Positions 9,274-19,303 of a DNA stretch of 64,000 nucleotides are shown here, piece by piece (the stretch's first letter is position 1; each line of letters starts with the position of its first letter). The notes beneath the pieces were generated by a model. The model saw only the letters and a program-made list of their open reading frames with translations, was not told the origin of the DNA and did not search any database. The translations under genes and the position numbers were made by a program. Source of the DNA: Candidatus Tectimicrobiota bacterium (GTDB lineage Bacteria > UBA8248); NCBI GenBank assembly GCA_016192135.1, contig JACPUR010000013.1, positions 204,277 through 268,276 on the forward strand, read 5' to 3'.

Positions 9274-10398
9274 CTACTTGGTGTAAAAAATCTGCCGGTA
9301 TTCTTCTTTCCAGTTATTCATTTCCTTGCCGATCCTCTCCCACTCCATCGGGACGATTTTGAGTCTCTCCAGGGGAGGGCTGAAGGCGGTAATGTCGGAG
9401 GGAAGCTGAATGCCCCTCATGCCGGTGGAAGCGGCCTTGAGCATCATCCATTTCAGATGGCCCCGCTTGCCGTGCAGATAGTCGATAAAGAGCTTGGCGG
9501 TGTTGGGGTTGGGGGCCTTGGCCAGGATGCCGAACGGGTAACCCAAGGCGACGGTCCTGCCCTCGGGGAACACCACCTTGAGAGGGGCCCCTCGCTTCCA
9601 ATCGGGGTAGGCCAGGCCGGATGTGATGGGAAGAGCGATCCACTTCTCTCCGGTCGCCACCTTCTGAACGCTCTCGCGCTGGGCCAAGATGAAGATGGGA
9701 TCCATTTTGGCGAGCTTCTCGAAGTATGAACGGGGAAGAATCTGCCGCATCCCCACATACACGTATGAGATGGTCCCCGACTTGGTGATTTCCGAGACGA
9801 TGATTTTCCCGTTGAACTGGGGATCGAGGACATCGTCCCAAGTCTTGATTTCCTTTTTGACGTATTTGGTATTGTAGAGGATGGAGGAAATGTTCACCTG
9901 GCCCGAGATGTAGTACCCAACCGCTCCGTCGGCGCCTTTCTTCTCTCCGGTTACCTCGGGGATGAAATTGTTGTATGCGAGAGAGCCGTACTTCATCAGG
10001 GCCTTTCGCTGGAGAAGCTGATGGAAAAAGTCCGGCGAGCCGACCTGAAGGAGGTCAAAGCTGTGCCGGCCCGCGCTGATGTCGTTGCGAAGGGTGGAGA
10101 TGACCCCGCCGGAGCGCTTCATCGTGTGGCGCATCCGGATGTGCCCGAGTCCGTAATATTCCTGGAAGTCCTTGTACAAGGCCTGGGCGAAGGGAGGATC
10201 GAGGGAATTCGTGATGATCACGAGCTCATTTTCTTTCTGGGCGCCGGCCAGCAGCTTTGCCGTATGCGCTCTCTCAGCCCCCGAAAGTTCCCGAAGGACC
10301 GGCGGCTCGGCCGCAAGAGCCGGTCCTGGGCTCATCCAAAAAATCACGCTCAGCGCGAGCCATGCCATCTGTGTCGGGAACGTCGTCTTTGGCACCAT
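9274..10398 (-). CDS. ABC transporter periplasmic substrate-binding protein (family 1, Fe(III)/spermidine-putrescine type)
   Basis: Start chosen at MVPKTTFPTQMAWLALSVIFWMSPGPALA (signal peptide), preceded by the RBS AAAGGAGG. The ORF track begins 22 codons earlier at 10464. Confidence 0.8.
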   Translation of the reverse strand: MVPKTTFPTQMAWLALSVIFWMSPGPALAAEPPVLRELSGAERAHTAKLLAGAQKENELVIITNSLDPPFAQALYKDFQEYYGLGHIRMRHTMKRSGGVISTLRNDISAGRHSFDLLQVGSPDFFHQLLQRKALMKYGSLAYNNFIPEVTGEKKGADGAVGYYISGQVNISSILYNTKYVKKEIKTWDDVLDPQFNGKIIVSEITKSGTISYVYVGMRQILPRSYFEKLAKMDPIFILAQRESVQKVATGEKWIALPITSGLAYPDWKRGAPLKVVFPEGRTVALGYPFGILAKAPNPNTAKLFIDYLHGKRGHLKWMMLKAASTGMRGIQLPSDITAFSPPLERLKIVPMEWERIGKEMNNWKEEYRQIFYTK

Positions 10399-10932
10399 GG
10401 GCGCCTCCTTTGCGGCGACGGGTCGCAAGGCTTCCCATCGCATCGGGACAAGGGTCGGCTGCAAGTTAACGTAAATAAAGACCTGAATTTCGGCTATTAA
10501 CTCAAATATGTTGCCTGGTTGGGCAATGTCAATGGCGCTTGAACATAAAATTCGCCGGCTGGAAATCGGACCTGGCTGCCATCGATGCGTGGGACGCTAC
10601 GGCTCCCCTCGGATTGAAGAAGAACTTGGTCGGGAAGCCAGAAGATCGAAGCAGGGAAAACAAACAATTATCAGCGAAATCTGCTTTCCCTTTGGGATGG
10701 ACAGGATGCCGTCTCCCTTTTTTCCCCGCCTCCCGCGAGGCGATTTTTGCCTGCCCATGGTTCTTTGAACGCCTTCTCTTCATTATAATGGCCCTATATC
10801 CATCGGACTGAAGGGCACATGTTCGCCGGTAGGTAGAGTGGCGTGAGGCCGCCTTCGGGTCATCCGGCGAACCGTGGTATCGAGGCTGTTGGCGATGGAT
10901 GAGGGGGCGGGGCCTCAATGGGAGGGGGTGCC

Positions 10933-12189
10933 ATGACAGAAAGCCGCAAGCTCAACCGCAGGACGTTCATCGGCGCGATGGCGGCAGGAGGAGGGTTGCT
11001 GGCCGCGGGGATCGCCCGCCCGGGCACGGCCCGCGCGGCCAAGCCCAGCGGCAAGCCGGTCAAGATCGGCCACATGTGCGTCCTCTCGGGCGTCCTCGGC
11101 GGCTACGGGCAGTTCATGCAGATGGGCGCCACCCTCGCGGCCGAGGAGATCAACGCCGCCGGCGGCATCCTGGGCCGTCCGCTGGAGTTCCAGTTCCGCG
11201 ACACCCAGGTCAAGCCCGACGTCGGCGTCAAGAACGCCCGCTACTTCGTGGACGAGTGGGAGGCGGACTTCGTGGCGGGAATCGACTCCAGCGGGGTGGC
11301 GCTCGCCGTGGGCAAGATCATGCCCCAGCTCAACAAGGTGTTGATGATCACCCACGGCGCCACCGAGAAGGTCAACGAGCAGCTCGTCTACAAGGAGGGA
11401 ATCAAGCAGATCTTCCGGATATCCGTGCCGGTCTACCAGGACGGCATCGCCTCGGCCATGATCGCCAAGGACTTCCCGATCAAGCGGTGGGCGACCATCT
11501 CTCCCAAGTACGAGTACGGCTACACCTCCTGGGAGATGTTCAAGAAGACGCTGAAGCAGTTCCGGCCCGACGTCCAATTCGTGGAGGAGTCGTGGGCCCC
11601 CTTCGGGACGCAGGACTTCGGCCCCCACATCTCCAAGGTCATGTCCGCCAACCCGGAGGGCATCTTCACCACCGAGTGGGCCGGCGAGGCGGTCTCGCTG
11701 GTGAAGCAGGCGAAGCTGTTCGGAGTCTTCGGCAAGATCAAGGAGTGGGTCAACCCGATGGGCGGGGCCATGGACGTGCTCGAGGGGCTGGGGAAGGATT
11801 ACCCCGAGGGACTGTGGGTGAGCAGCCGCTATTGGTTCCTTTACCCGCCCACGGGCGTCAACGAGAGCTTCGTGCAGCGCTTCCACAAGCGCTGGAACCG
11901 GTATCCCCATTACTCCTCCGAAACCTCCTACTCCGCCTATTGGGCGATCAAGCAGGCCTGCGAGCGGGCGGGGAGCACCGAGACGGACAAGGTCATCAAG
12001 GCTCTTGAGGACATGACCATGATCAGCCCCGGGGGGCGGCGCTGGTTCCGCAAGGAGGACCACCAGGCCGTCTACGAGGTGCCCTGGGGGCGGACCAAGG
12101 CCGATCCCAAGTATCCCTTCCGCATCCTGGGGGACATCAGGACGGTCCCGGCCGAGATGTACTACCGGCACCCCCCGTTCACTTCCTAA
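10933..12189 (+). CDS. livK: Branched-chain amino-acid ABC transporter substrate-binding protein (LivK/LivJ family) with a twin-arginine signal
   Basis: GGGAGGGGG RBS, then ATG ACA GAA; N-terminus MTESRKLNRRTFIGAMAAGGGLLAAGIARPGTARA. Periplasmic-binding-fold type I pattern. The ORF track begins 5 codons earlier at 10918. Confidence 0.8.
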   Translation: MTESRKLNRRTFIGAMAAGGGLLAAGIARPGTARAAKPSGKPVKIGHMCVLSGVLGGYGQFMQMGATLAAEEINAAGGILGRPLEFQFRDTQVKPDVGVKNARYFVDEWEADFVAGIDSSGVALAVGKIMPQLNKVLMITHGATEKVNEQLVYKEGIKQIFRISVPVYQDGIASAMIAKDFPIKRWATISPKYEYGYTSWEMFKKTLKQFRPDVQFVEESWAPFGTQDFGPHISKVMSANPEGIFTTEWAGEAVSLVKQAKLFGVFGKIKEWVNPMGGAMDVLEGLGKDYPEGLWVSSRYWFLYPPTGVNESFVQRFHKRWNRYPHYSSETSYSAYWAIKQACERAGSTETDKVIKALEDMTMISPGGRRWFRKEDHQAVYEVPWGRTKADPKYPFRILGDIRTVPAEMYYRHPPFTS

Positions 12190-12269
12190 GCACTTTCCGG
12201 CGACCCGGTCGCGGGCCTCTTCCAAGGAAGGAAGAGGCCCGCGCTCCCCCGTGCGAGGAGGCCAGGAAG

Positions 12270-13133
12270 TTGCTTGAGCAGCTGCTCTACCAGGGCATGA
12301 TCGGGCTGAGCCTGGCCATGTTCCTGTGGCTCGTCGCCGCGGGCCTCACCCTCATCTTCGGCGTGCTCGGGGTGCTGAATTTCGCCCACGGGAGCCTCTA
12401 CATGCTGGGGGCTTACCTCAGTTACAGCGCCGTGCGCATCCTGGGGATGGACTTCTGGGTGGGGCTGGCCGTGGGTCCGCTCCTGGTGGCCCTCGTGGGC
12501 GGCCTGATGGAGCGCTTGTTCATCCGGCGCGTGTACCACATCGACGAGGCCTACCAGCTCCTCCTCACCTTCGCGTTCATCCTGATCTTCGCCGACCTGG
12601 TGAAGTGGGGCTGGGGACCCGTCTACCAGTCGGCCCCGGTTCCCGGATTTCTCGCGGGGGCGATCTCCATCCTCGGGCGGCCCTTCCCCGTCTACAACCT
12701 CTTCGTCATCGCGCTGGGGCCGCTGGTGGGCCTGGGGCTGTGGCTCCTGCTGGAGAAAAGCTGGTGGGGACGCACCATCCGGGCCGCCGCCGCCGACCGC
12801 GAGATGGCGGCCGCCATCGGAGTGAATGTCCCGGGGCTGTTCACCGGGGTGTTCATGTTCGGCTCTTGGCTGGGGGGCGTGGGGGGGGCGCTGGGAATCC
12901 CCATCCGCACGGTGTCGCCGGGAATGGCGGAGGACTACATCATTCAGGCGTTCGCCGTGGCCGTCATTGGGGGGCTGGGCAATTTGAAAGGGGCCTTCTT
13001 CGGGTCCATCCTCATCGGGCTCGTGAATGCCTACGGGCACCTCTACGCCCCGGTCTTCGAGCTGGCCTTCATGTACATCCTGATGGCGGCCATTCTGCTC
13101 GTCCGCCCTCAGGGCCTCTTCGGGGCTTCCTAG
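12270..13133 (+). CDS. livH: Branched-chain amino-acid ABC permease LivH
   Basis: 287 aa, polytopic membrane protein, next to livK. Confidence 0.85.
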   Translation: MLEQLLYQGMIGLSLAMFLWLVAAGLTLIFGVLGVLNFAHGSLYMLGAYLSYSAVRILGMDFWVGLAVGPLLVALVGGLMERLFIRRVYHIDEAYQLLLTFAFILIFADLVKWGWGPVYQSAPVPGFLAGAISILGRPFPVYNLFVIALGPLVGLGLWLLLEKSWWGRTIRAAAADREMAAAIGVNVPGLFTGVFMFGSWLGGVGGALGIPIRTVSPGMAEDYIIQAFAVAVIGGLGNLKGAFFGSILIGLVNAYGHLYAPVFELAFMYILMAAILLVRPQGLFGAS

Positions 13134-13160
13134 GCCCGAGACAGGGAGGGAAGGGAATCC

Positions 13161-14123
13161 ATGCGCGCCTTGCGTTGGACCTTTTGTCTGGCGGCCGCGA
13201 TTCTCCTGCTGTGCATCCCTCTCACCGGCGAGCGATTCTACATGTATCTCACCATCCAGGTCCTCATCCTCGCCCTCTTCGCCATGGGCTTCAACCTCCT
13301 GTTCGGCTACACGGGGCTCCTCTCATTCGGCCACGCGGGCTTCTACGCGGCGGGCGCCTATGCGACGGGCCTCCTGCTCATGCGAACGCCCTTGTCTCTC
13401 CTGCCGAGCATCCTCGGCGGGGCGCTCGTCGCCGGCGGGCTGGGGGTCGTGATTGGATTCTTCTGCGTCCGCCACACGCGCATCTACTTCGCCATGCTCA
13501 CCCTGGCATTCGGGATGATGGTGTACGCGCTCGCCTTCGACTGGAAGTCCGTGACGGGCGGGGACGACGGGCTGATCGGCATCCCTCGGGGATCCCTCTG
13601 GATTCCGGGCATGGGCGCCGTGAAGATGAACGCGCTGTGGACCTACTACTACCTCGTCCTGGCGATCACCGCGGCCGGCGTGGGGATGATCCACCGCGTG
13701 GTCCACTCCCCCTTCGGCCTCGTCCTCCAGGGCATCCGGGAGAACGAAAACCGGGCGGCCTTCGCAGGCGTCCCGGTAAGACGCTACCGCTTGGCGGCGT
13801 TCGCCCTCTCCTCGTTCATCAGCGGCCTGGCAGGCGCCATGGTGGCTCCCCTCGAGAACACCGTCGCTCCTACCGCGGCCCATTGGACCAAGTCGGCCGC
13901 GCCCGTGCTGGCCACCCTCCTGGGCGGCATCCATACCTTCGCCGGCCCCATGGTGGGGGCTTTCCTCTTCTACGTGATCCAGGAGTTCATCGAGCGGATG
14001 ACGGAATTTTGGCTCCTCGGCTTCGGCCTGGTGCTGCTTGTCCTCGTTCTGGGATTTCGGGGAGGCGTGGTCGGATACTACGAGGCGCACATCCGGCCGG
14101 CGCTCTGTAGGCGGCTCGGTTGA
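13161..14123 (+). CDS. livM: Branched-chain amino-acid ABC permease LivM
   Basis: 320 aa, polytopic membrane protein. Its end overlaps livG by 4 bp. Confidence 0.85.
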   Translation: MRALRWTFCLAAAILLLCIPLTGERFYMYLTIQVLILALFAMGFNLLFGYTGLLSFGHAGFYAAGAYATGLLLMRTPLSLLPSILGGALVAGGLGVVIGFFCVRHTRIYFAMLTLAFGMMVYALAFDWKSVTGGDDGLIGIPRGSLWIPGMGAVKMNALWTYYYLVLAITAAGVGMIHRVVHSPFGLVLQGIRENENRAAFAGVPVRRYRLAAFALSSFISGLAGAMVAPLENTVAPTAAHWTKSAAPVLATLLGGIHTFAGPMVGAFLFYVIQEFIERMTEFWLLGFGLVLLVLVLGFRGGVVGYYEAHIRPALCRRLG

Positions 14124-14890
14124 CGGGCCCCGCTCGTCCCGAACTTCTCCGGACGGAGAAGTTGCATAAATCCTTCGGCGAGGTGCGCGCCGTCGACGGC
14201 GTCGACTTGGAGCTGAAGGAGGGCGTGCTGACAGCCATCATCGGGCCAAACGGCGCCGGGAAGACCACGTTCATCAACCTGCTCTCCGGAAACTTTCTCC
14301 CCGACGCGGGCCGGATATTCTTCCAGGGCGAGGAGATCACCCGGCTCCCCGTTCATCAGCGCGTGCGCCGCGGCCTGGGACGATCCTTTCAGATCACGAA
14401 CGTCTTCCCCCAGCTCGCCGTCCATCAGAACGTCCAGATCCCCCTCTTGAGCCATCTCGGCACCGCCTGGCGTTTCTGGCGCGCGGTGGACGTGAATGGG
14501 GAAATCCGCCGGAGAACGGAGATGATCCTGGCCGAAACCGGCCTGGAAGAGAAGGCGAATCTTCCGGCCGCCACCCTTTCACACGGCGACCAGAGGCTGC
14601 TGGAGGTGGGCATCGCGTTGGCCGCCGAGCCGCGCTTGATCCTCCTGGACGAGCCCACCGCGGGGATGAACCCCGCCGAGCGCGCCCGCATCCTGAAGCT
14701 GATCTCGGACCTCAGCGCGGCGGGGCGGACCACCTTCGTGCTCGTCGAGCACGACATGGACGTGGTCTTTTCACTGGCGCACGAGATAGTGGTGCTCCAC
14801 CAGGGCCGGATTCTCGCCCGCGGAACCCCTTCCGCCATCCGGGGGGATGCGCGGGTGCGCGAGATTTACCTCGGAGGGGAGGTCGCATGA
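14120..14890 (+). CDS. livG: ABC ATP-binding protein LivG
   Basis: Walker A GPNGAGKTT, signature LSHGDQRLLEVG, Walker B ILLDEP. Confidence 0.85.
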   Translation: MTGPARPELLRTEKLHKSFGEVRAVDGVDLELKEGVLTAIIGPNGAGKTTFINLLSGNFLPDAGRIFFQGEEITRLPVHQRVRRGLGRSFQITNVFPQLAVHQNVQIPLLSHLGTAWRFWRAVDVNGEIRRRTEMILAETGLEEKANLPAATLSHGDQRLLEVGIALAAEPRLILLDEPTAGMNPAERARILKLISDLSAAGRTTFVLVEHDMDVVFSLAHEIVVLHQGRILARGTPSAIRGDARVREIYLGGEVA

Positions 14891-15591
14891 TCCTCCGGGT
14901 GGAGAATATCAATACCTTTTACGGCGCCAGCCACATCCTCCAGGATGTCAGCCTGGCGGTCGAGCGGGGCGAAGTGGTGTGTCTCCTGGGCCGGAACGGC
15001 GTCGGCAAGACCACCACGCTGCGCAGCGTCATCGGGCTGGCGCCTCCGCGGAGCGGCCGAGTCGTATTCATGGAGCGGGACATCGCCGGCCTGGCGCCCT
15101 ACCACATCGCGCGCCGCGGGGTGGGCTATGTCCCGGACGATCGCCGCGTCTTCGCCGAGCTAAGCGCGGAAGAGAATCTTGAGCTGGCACGCCGTTCCGC
15201 GGGCAGCCGGGAGGGTGCGTGGACGCTCGAGAAGGTTCTCGACCTCCTGCCGGCCCTGAGGCCCCTGATTTCCCGGCGCGGGAGCCATCTCAGCGGCGGC
15301 GAGCAGAAGATGCTCTCCATCGGGCGCGCGCTGATGACCAATCCCTCGCTCCTCCTCCTCGATGAACCCTCCGAGGGGCTCAGTCCCATCGTGGTACGGA
15401 GCCTCGTCGAGATCATCCGCACCATACGGGAAGAGAAGGTGACCATCCTGATGGCGGACCAAAACCTCAGGTTCTCCCGCTTGGTGGCAAGCCGGGCCTA
15501 TATCCTGGAGAAAGGGGCCGTCCAGCACGCGGGGACGCTGGAGGAGATCTACGCCGACGAGCAGGTCGTGCGGCGCTACCTGGCAATTTGA
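14887..15591 (+). CDS. livF: ABC ATP-binding protein LivF
   Basis: Walker A GRNGVGKTT, signature LSGGEQKMLSIG, Walker B LLLDEP. 4-bp overlap with livG. Confidence 0.85.
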   Translation: MILRVENINTFYGASHILQDVSLAVERGEVVCLLGRNGVGKTTTLRSVIGLAPPRSGRVVFMERDIAGLAPYHIARRGVGYVPDDRRVFAELSAEENLELARRSAGSREGAWTLEKVLDLLPALRPLISRRGSHLSGGEQKMLSIGRALMTNPSLLLLDEPSEGLSPIVVRSLVEIIRTIREEKVTILMADQNLRFSRLVASRAYILEKGAVQHAGTLEEIYADEQVVRRYLAI

Positions 15592-15618
15592 TCGGTGCCG
15601 GAGCCGAAGCGCTCTCTT

Positions 15619-16977
15619 CTAAATATCGGCCAGATCGCGGATGACCTTGACCGAGGTCTTGATCCCCTTGCGGAAAAATTCGAGATCCAGGTTCTCGTTC
15701 GGGGCGTGGTTCGCCTCGTCGTAGTTGCCGTAGGGCACCTTCACCATCGGGATCCCCAGGAGCTCGTTGAAGATATAGCTGGGGTTGGAGCCCCCGGTGA
15801 CCGGGTAAAGCAGGGGCTCCTTGCCGAAGATCTCGCGCACGGCCGCGACGACGGCCACGCTCATCGGGTGGTCGAGCGGGGTCTTGGAGGGGTGATAGGT
15901 GAGGAGCTGGATTACCTCCAGGTCGCCAAAGCCATGCCGGCGGGCGTGGGCCTTGAACTTCTCGAAGATCTCGGGCGGGGTCTGGTTCTTCACCAGCCGC
16001 ATGTCGATCTTGGCCGAGGCCGTGGAGGGGATGACGGTCTTGGTGCCGGGGCCGCCGTAGCCCGAGGTGAGCCCGCAGATATTGAGGGTGGGCTGGAACA
16101 TGATCTTCTCGAAATAGCCCATGCCCGAGGGACCCGCCTCCTCGGCCACGCCGACCTCCCGCTTCCAGGCCTCCTTGTTGAAGGGGATGGCCGCCAGGGC
16201 ACGGCGGTCCGCCTCGGTGGGGGGAATGACGCTATCAAAAAAGCCTGCGACGGCGGGCCGGCCGTCAGGGTCCCGGAGGGTCTGGAGGAATTCCACGAGC
16301 CGCCAGGCGGCGTTCGGCATGGGCCCCCCGAATTGGCCTGAGTGGACGTCACGGCGCGCGGTGCGGACCCTCACCTCCACATAGCAGGAGCCCCGGTTCC
16401 CGAAGGAGAGGAGGGGCACGTTCCCCTCGGCGGCGATCCCGTCGGCGTTGTAGCCGAAGTCCGCGCGGAAGAGATCGGCGTGGGAGGTCACGAACGCCTC
16501 CAGCATGGGGCTCCCGATCTCCTCCTGGGGATCGAGGAGGATGCGGAGGTTGAGGGGCACGCCGCGCCCGCTCCGCTGGAGGGCCTCGACGGCCTTGAGG
16601 TGGGCGAGGAACTGGCCCTTGTTGTCCCCCGTGCCCCGGCCGTACATGCGGCCGCCCTTGATCGCGGGCTCGAAGGGCGGGGTGTCCCAGGCGTCGAGGG
16701 GCTCGGGCGGCTGGACGTCGAAGTGCCCGTAGATGAAGAGGGTGCGCCGGGCGCCCGGGGCGTCGAGGCGCCCGTAGACGAGGGGCGGGTTGTCCGGCCC
16801 TCCCATGGTCATCACCCGGGCGTCGATTCCAATCTCTTTCATCCCGCTTACGATATGACGCGCGCAGTCCTCCAGGCCCTTTTTCTGGGCGCTCACGCTG
16901 GGGATGCGGCAGAGGGCGGCCAGCTCCTCGACGAAACGGTCGAAGTTCCGGTCGATGTAGGCGAATGCTTTTTCCAC
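15619..16977 (-). CDS. M20-family metallohydrolase (ArgE/DapE/dipeptidase-like)
   Basis: GTG start at 16977, preceded by GGGAGGGG. Begins VEKAFAYIDRNFDRFVEELAALCRIPSVSAQ... and contains HFDVQP and GTGDNKG motifs. The 644-aa track ORF to 17553 is an in-frame read-through artefact. Confidence 0.8.
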   Translation of the reverse strand: MEKAFAYIDRNFDRFVEELAALCRIPSVSAQKKGLEDCARHIVSGMKEIGIDARVMTMGGPDNPPLVYGRLDAPGARRTLFIYGHFDVQPPEPLDAWDTPPFEPAIKGGRMYGRGTGDNKGQFLAHLKAVEALQRSGRGVPLNLRILLDPQEEIGSPMLEAFVTSHADLFRADFGYNADGIAAEGNVPLLSFGNRGSCYVEVRVRTARRDVHSGQFGGPMPNAAWRLVEFLQTLRDPDGRPAVAGFFDSVIPPTEADRRALAAIPFNKEAWKREVGVAEEAGPSGMGYFEKIMFQPTLNICGLTSGYGGPGTKTVIPSTASAKIDMRLVKNQTPPEIFEKFKAHARRHGFGDLEVIQLLTYHPSKTPLDHPMSVAVVAAVREIFGKEPLLYPVTGGSNPSYIFNELLGIPMVKVPYGNYDEANHAPNENLDLEFFRKGIKTSVKVIRDLADI

Positions 16978-17003
16978 GTTCCCCTCCCCTCTGCGCGGCC
17001 GGC

Positions 17004-18356
17004 TCAGCCCGCCAGGGACGCGAGCGCCGCGGCGCCCATCTTGATCCCCATCATGAAGTGATCGATGCGGATGCTCTCGTTCGGGCCGTGCTGGCCGCTG
17101 TTCGGCTGGGAGTAGTTCGTGGTGATGACGGGCAGGCCCAGGTACTGGTTGAACACCTGGGTCGATGCGTTGCTCCCCCCCGAGATGGGCATGACGAGGG
17201 GGGAGGCGTCGAGCACCCCCTCCCGGTGCATCCGCCGGAAAGCCTCCAGGACGGGGCGCACCATGGGGTGGTCCAGGGGCGTCTTGTTGGGCAGGCTCCC
17301 CCTCGTCAGGCTGAGGGTGGCGCCGGGGATGCCCTGGGCCTCGACGTGGCGCTTGATCTTCTCGAAGGTGCCCTCGGGGGTCATGTTCTTCACCAGGCGC
17401 GACTCGAGGTAGCACATGGCCTGGCCGGGGATGATGGTGGACTCCATCCCGCACTCGAAGCCCTCGATGGTGAGGGTGGGCCGGAAGAAGAGCTTCTCGC
17501 TCACGCTGTACCGGGGAGAACCGTAGATCTTGGAGATGCCCAGCGCGCGGCACACCTCGGCCTCGTCGTCGGGGATGTCCGCGAGGGCTTGGCGCTCCAG
17601 CTCACTCGGAGGAGCCACCTCGTCGTAGAAGCCCGGGATCAGGACCTCCCCCTCGGGATCCTTCATCGTGTGGAGGATGTGGACGAGGTCCCAGGCCGGG
17701 TTGCGGACGAGTTCCCCGAAGTTCCCCGAGTGGACGTGCTTCCCGATCTCGTTCCGGACCACCAGCCGCATGCAGAGGTTGCCGCGGTTCCCGAGGCGGA
17801 CGGTGGGCCGGCCGCTGGTGTGCCGGGGGCCGTCCGAGGCGTAGTAGAGGTCGGCCCGGAGCTCCTCTCGGTGGGCCTCCGCGAAGCCCTGGAAGCTCTT
17901 GCAGCCGATCTCCTCCTCCCCCTCGAAGACGAAGATGACGGCCACCGGGAGCCGCCCCATCTCCTTCAGGAGGCGGACGGCAATGGCGTTGGCGAGGAGC
18001 TGGCCCTTGTCGTCCGCCGCGCCGCGGGCGTAGATGGCGCCGCCGCGCTCGGTGGGCTCGAACGGAGGCGACTCCCACTCCGAGAGATCGCCCACCTGCT
18101 TGACGTCGTAGTGGCCGTAGACGATGACCCGCCGTCTGGCCCCCGGCGGCTCCACCTTGCCGAGAACGACCGGATGGCCCTTCGTGGGCACCACCCGGGC
18201 CTCGGCCCCCCAGCCCTGGAGCCAGCGGCACAGGTGCGCCGCGCACTCCGAAATGCCCTCCCCCGTGTAGCTTACGCTGGGCAGCCGGAGGAGGTCATTG
18301 AGCTCCGCGATGAACTTCTCTTGTCCCCGGTCGATGGCTTCGTAGACGTCCTTCAT
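17004..18356 (-). CDS. M20-family metallohydrolase, paralog of 15619..16977
   Basis: Start at [15 protein letters not shown] (plus-strand CAT at 18354-18356). Contains HYDVK and GAADDKG motifs. About 45% identity by eye to its neighbour. Confidence 0.8.
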   Translation of the reverse strand: MKDVYEAIDRGQEKFIAELNDLLRLPSVSYTGEGISECAAHLCRWLQGWGAEARVVPTKGHPVVLGKVEPPGARRRVIVYGHYDVKQVGDLSEWESPPFEPTERGGAIYARGAADDKGQLLANAIAVRLLKEMGRLPVAVIFVFEGEEEIGCKSFQGFAEAHREELRADLYYASDGPRHTSGRPTVRLGNRGNLCMRLVVRNEIGKHVHSGNFGELVRNPAWDLVHILHTMKDPEGEVLIPGFYDEVAPPSELERQALADIPDDEAEVCRALGISKIYGSPRYSVSEKLFFRPTLTIEGFECGMESTIIPGQAMCYLESRLVKNMTPEGTFEKIKRHVEAQGIPGATLSLTRGSLPNKTPLDHPMVRPVLEAFRRMHREGVLDASPLVMPISGGSNASTQVFNQYLGLPVITTNYSQPNSGQHGPNESIRIDHFMMGIKMGAAALASLAG

Positions 18357-18382
18357 GGCGCTCCCTTGTCCGAAGAAAAAAA

Positions 18383-19300
18383 CTAGGCCGCCTGGTGCGG
18401 GTCGAGAAAATCGCGCAGGGCGTCGCCCAGCAGGTTGATGCCCAGCGTGGTGGCGAAGATCGCGATGCCCGGGAAGGCCGCCAGCCACCAGAGGTTCAGC
18501 ATGTAGGTCCGCCCCTCGCTCAGCATGCCCCCCCAGGAGGGGATGGGCGGCTGGACCCCCAGCCCCAGGAAGCTCAGGAAGGCCTCTCGGAGGATGTTGT
18601 GGGCCACCTCGAGGGTGCTCACGACGAGGATGGTGCTGATCAGGTTGGGGAAAATGTGCCGCAGGATGATCCGGCCCTGGGTGCCCCCGATCCCTCGGGC
18701 GGCCAGGGTGAATTCCTGCTCCCGGTAGCTCATCACTTCGGCGCGGACCACCCGCGTGTAGAGCGGCCAGCTCGTAATCCCCAGGACCACGATGAGGTTA
18801 AAGAAGCTCGGCCCCAGCACCGAGATGACGGCCAGGGCCAGGAGCACGCCCGGGAAGGCGAGCATCACGTTCACCGCGAACGAGACAAAGTTGTCCCACC
18901 TCCCCCCGAAGTAGCCCGCCGTCACGCCCAGCGGGATCCCGATCAGGGCGGCGAACAGGGTGGACAGGAAGCCCGCAGCGAGCGAGATGCGCGAGCCGAA
19001 GATGAGGCGGGAGAGGTAGTCGCGCCCCACTTGGTCCGTGCCCAGGAGGTGGAGCGTCGAGCCCTTGGCCTCCCAGGCCGGGGGGATGAGCCGCTGGCTC
19101 ACGATTCCCCTATAGGGATCATGCGGCGCCACCCAGGGAGCCAGGAAGGAGCCAGCGAGGATGACGAGGACGGCGAAGGCGCCGATCAGGCCGTAGCGCA
19201 CCCGCCAGAGCCGGTGGCGCAGGGGGACGCTCCCGCGGACATCCAAGGGCGCCTCGCGCCAGGCTGCGGCCGCCTCTGCCATCCGGGTCTCGGTCGCCAT
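18383..19300 (-). CDS. Peptide/nickel-type ABC permease (DppC/OppC-like)
   Basis: 305 aa, six predicted TM helices, permease family pattern. Confidence 0.85.
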   Translation of the reverse strand: MATETRMAEAAAAWREAPLDVRGSVPLRHRLWRVRYGLIGAFAVLVILAGSFLAPWVAPHDPYRGIVSQRLIPPAWEAKGSTLHLLGTDQVGRDYLSRLIFGSRISLAAGFLSTLFAALIGIPLGVTAGYFGGRWDNFVSFAVNVMLAFPGVLLALAVISVLGPSFFNLIVVLGITSWPLYTRVVRAEVMSYREQEFTLAARGIGGTQGRIILRHIFPNLISTILVVSTLEVAHNILREAFLSFLGLGVQPPIPSWGGMLSEGRTYMLNLWWLAAFPGIAIFATTLGINLLGDALRDFLDPHQAA

Positions 19301-19303
19301 GGC

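Noticed and set aside
10511-10526. TTGCC-N6-GGCAA inverted repeat in the SBP/livK divergent region
   Set aside because: Only 5-bp arms, so chance occurrence is likely.
10529-10918. 129-aa minus-strand ORF in the SBP/livK divergent region
   Set aside because: It lies entirely within the divergent promoter region. It has no RBS, a basic low-complexity translation and lower GC3. It is most likely non-coding.
16978-17553. N-terminal 190-aa extension of the M20 ORF (track ORF 15619..17553)
   Set aside because: The extension overlaps the neighbouring M20 gene out of frame and is Arg/Pro/Gly-rich. A GTG with a GGGAGGGG RBS at 16977 gives a normal M20 N-terminus.
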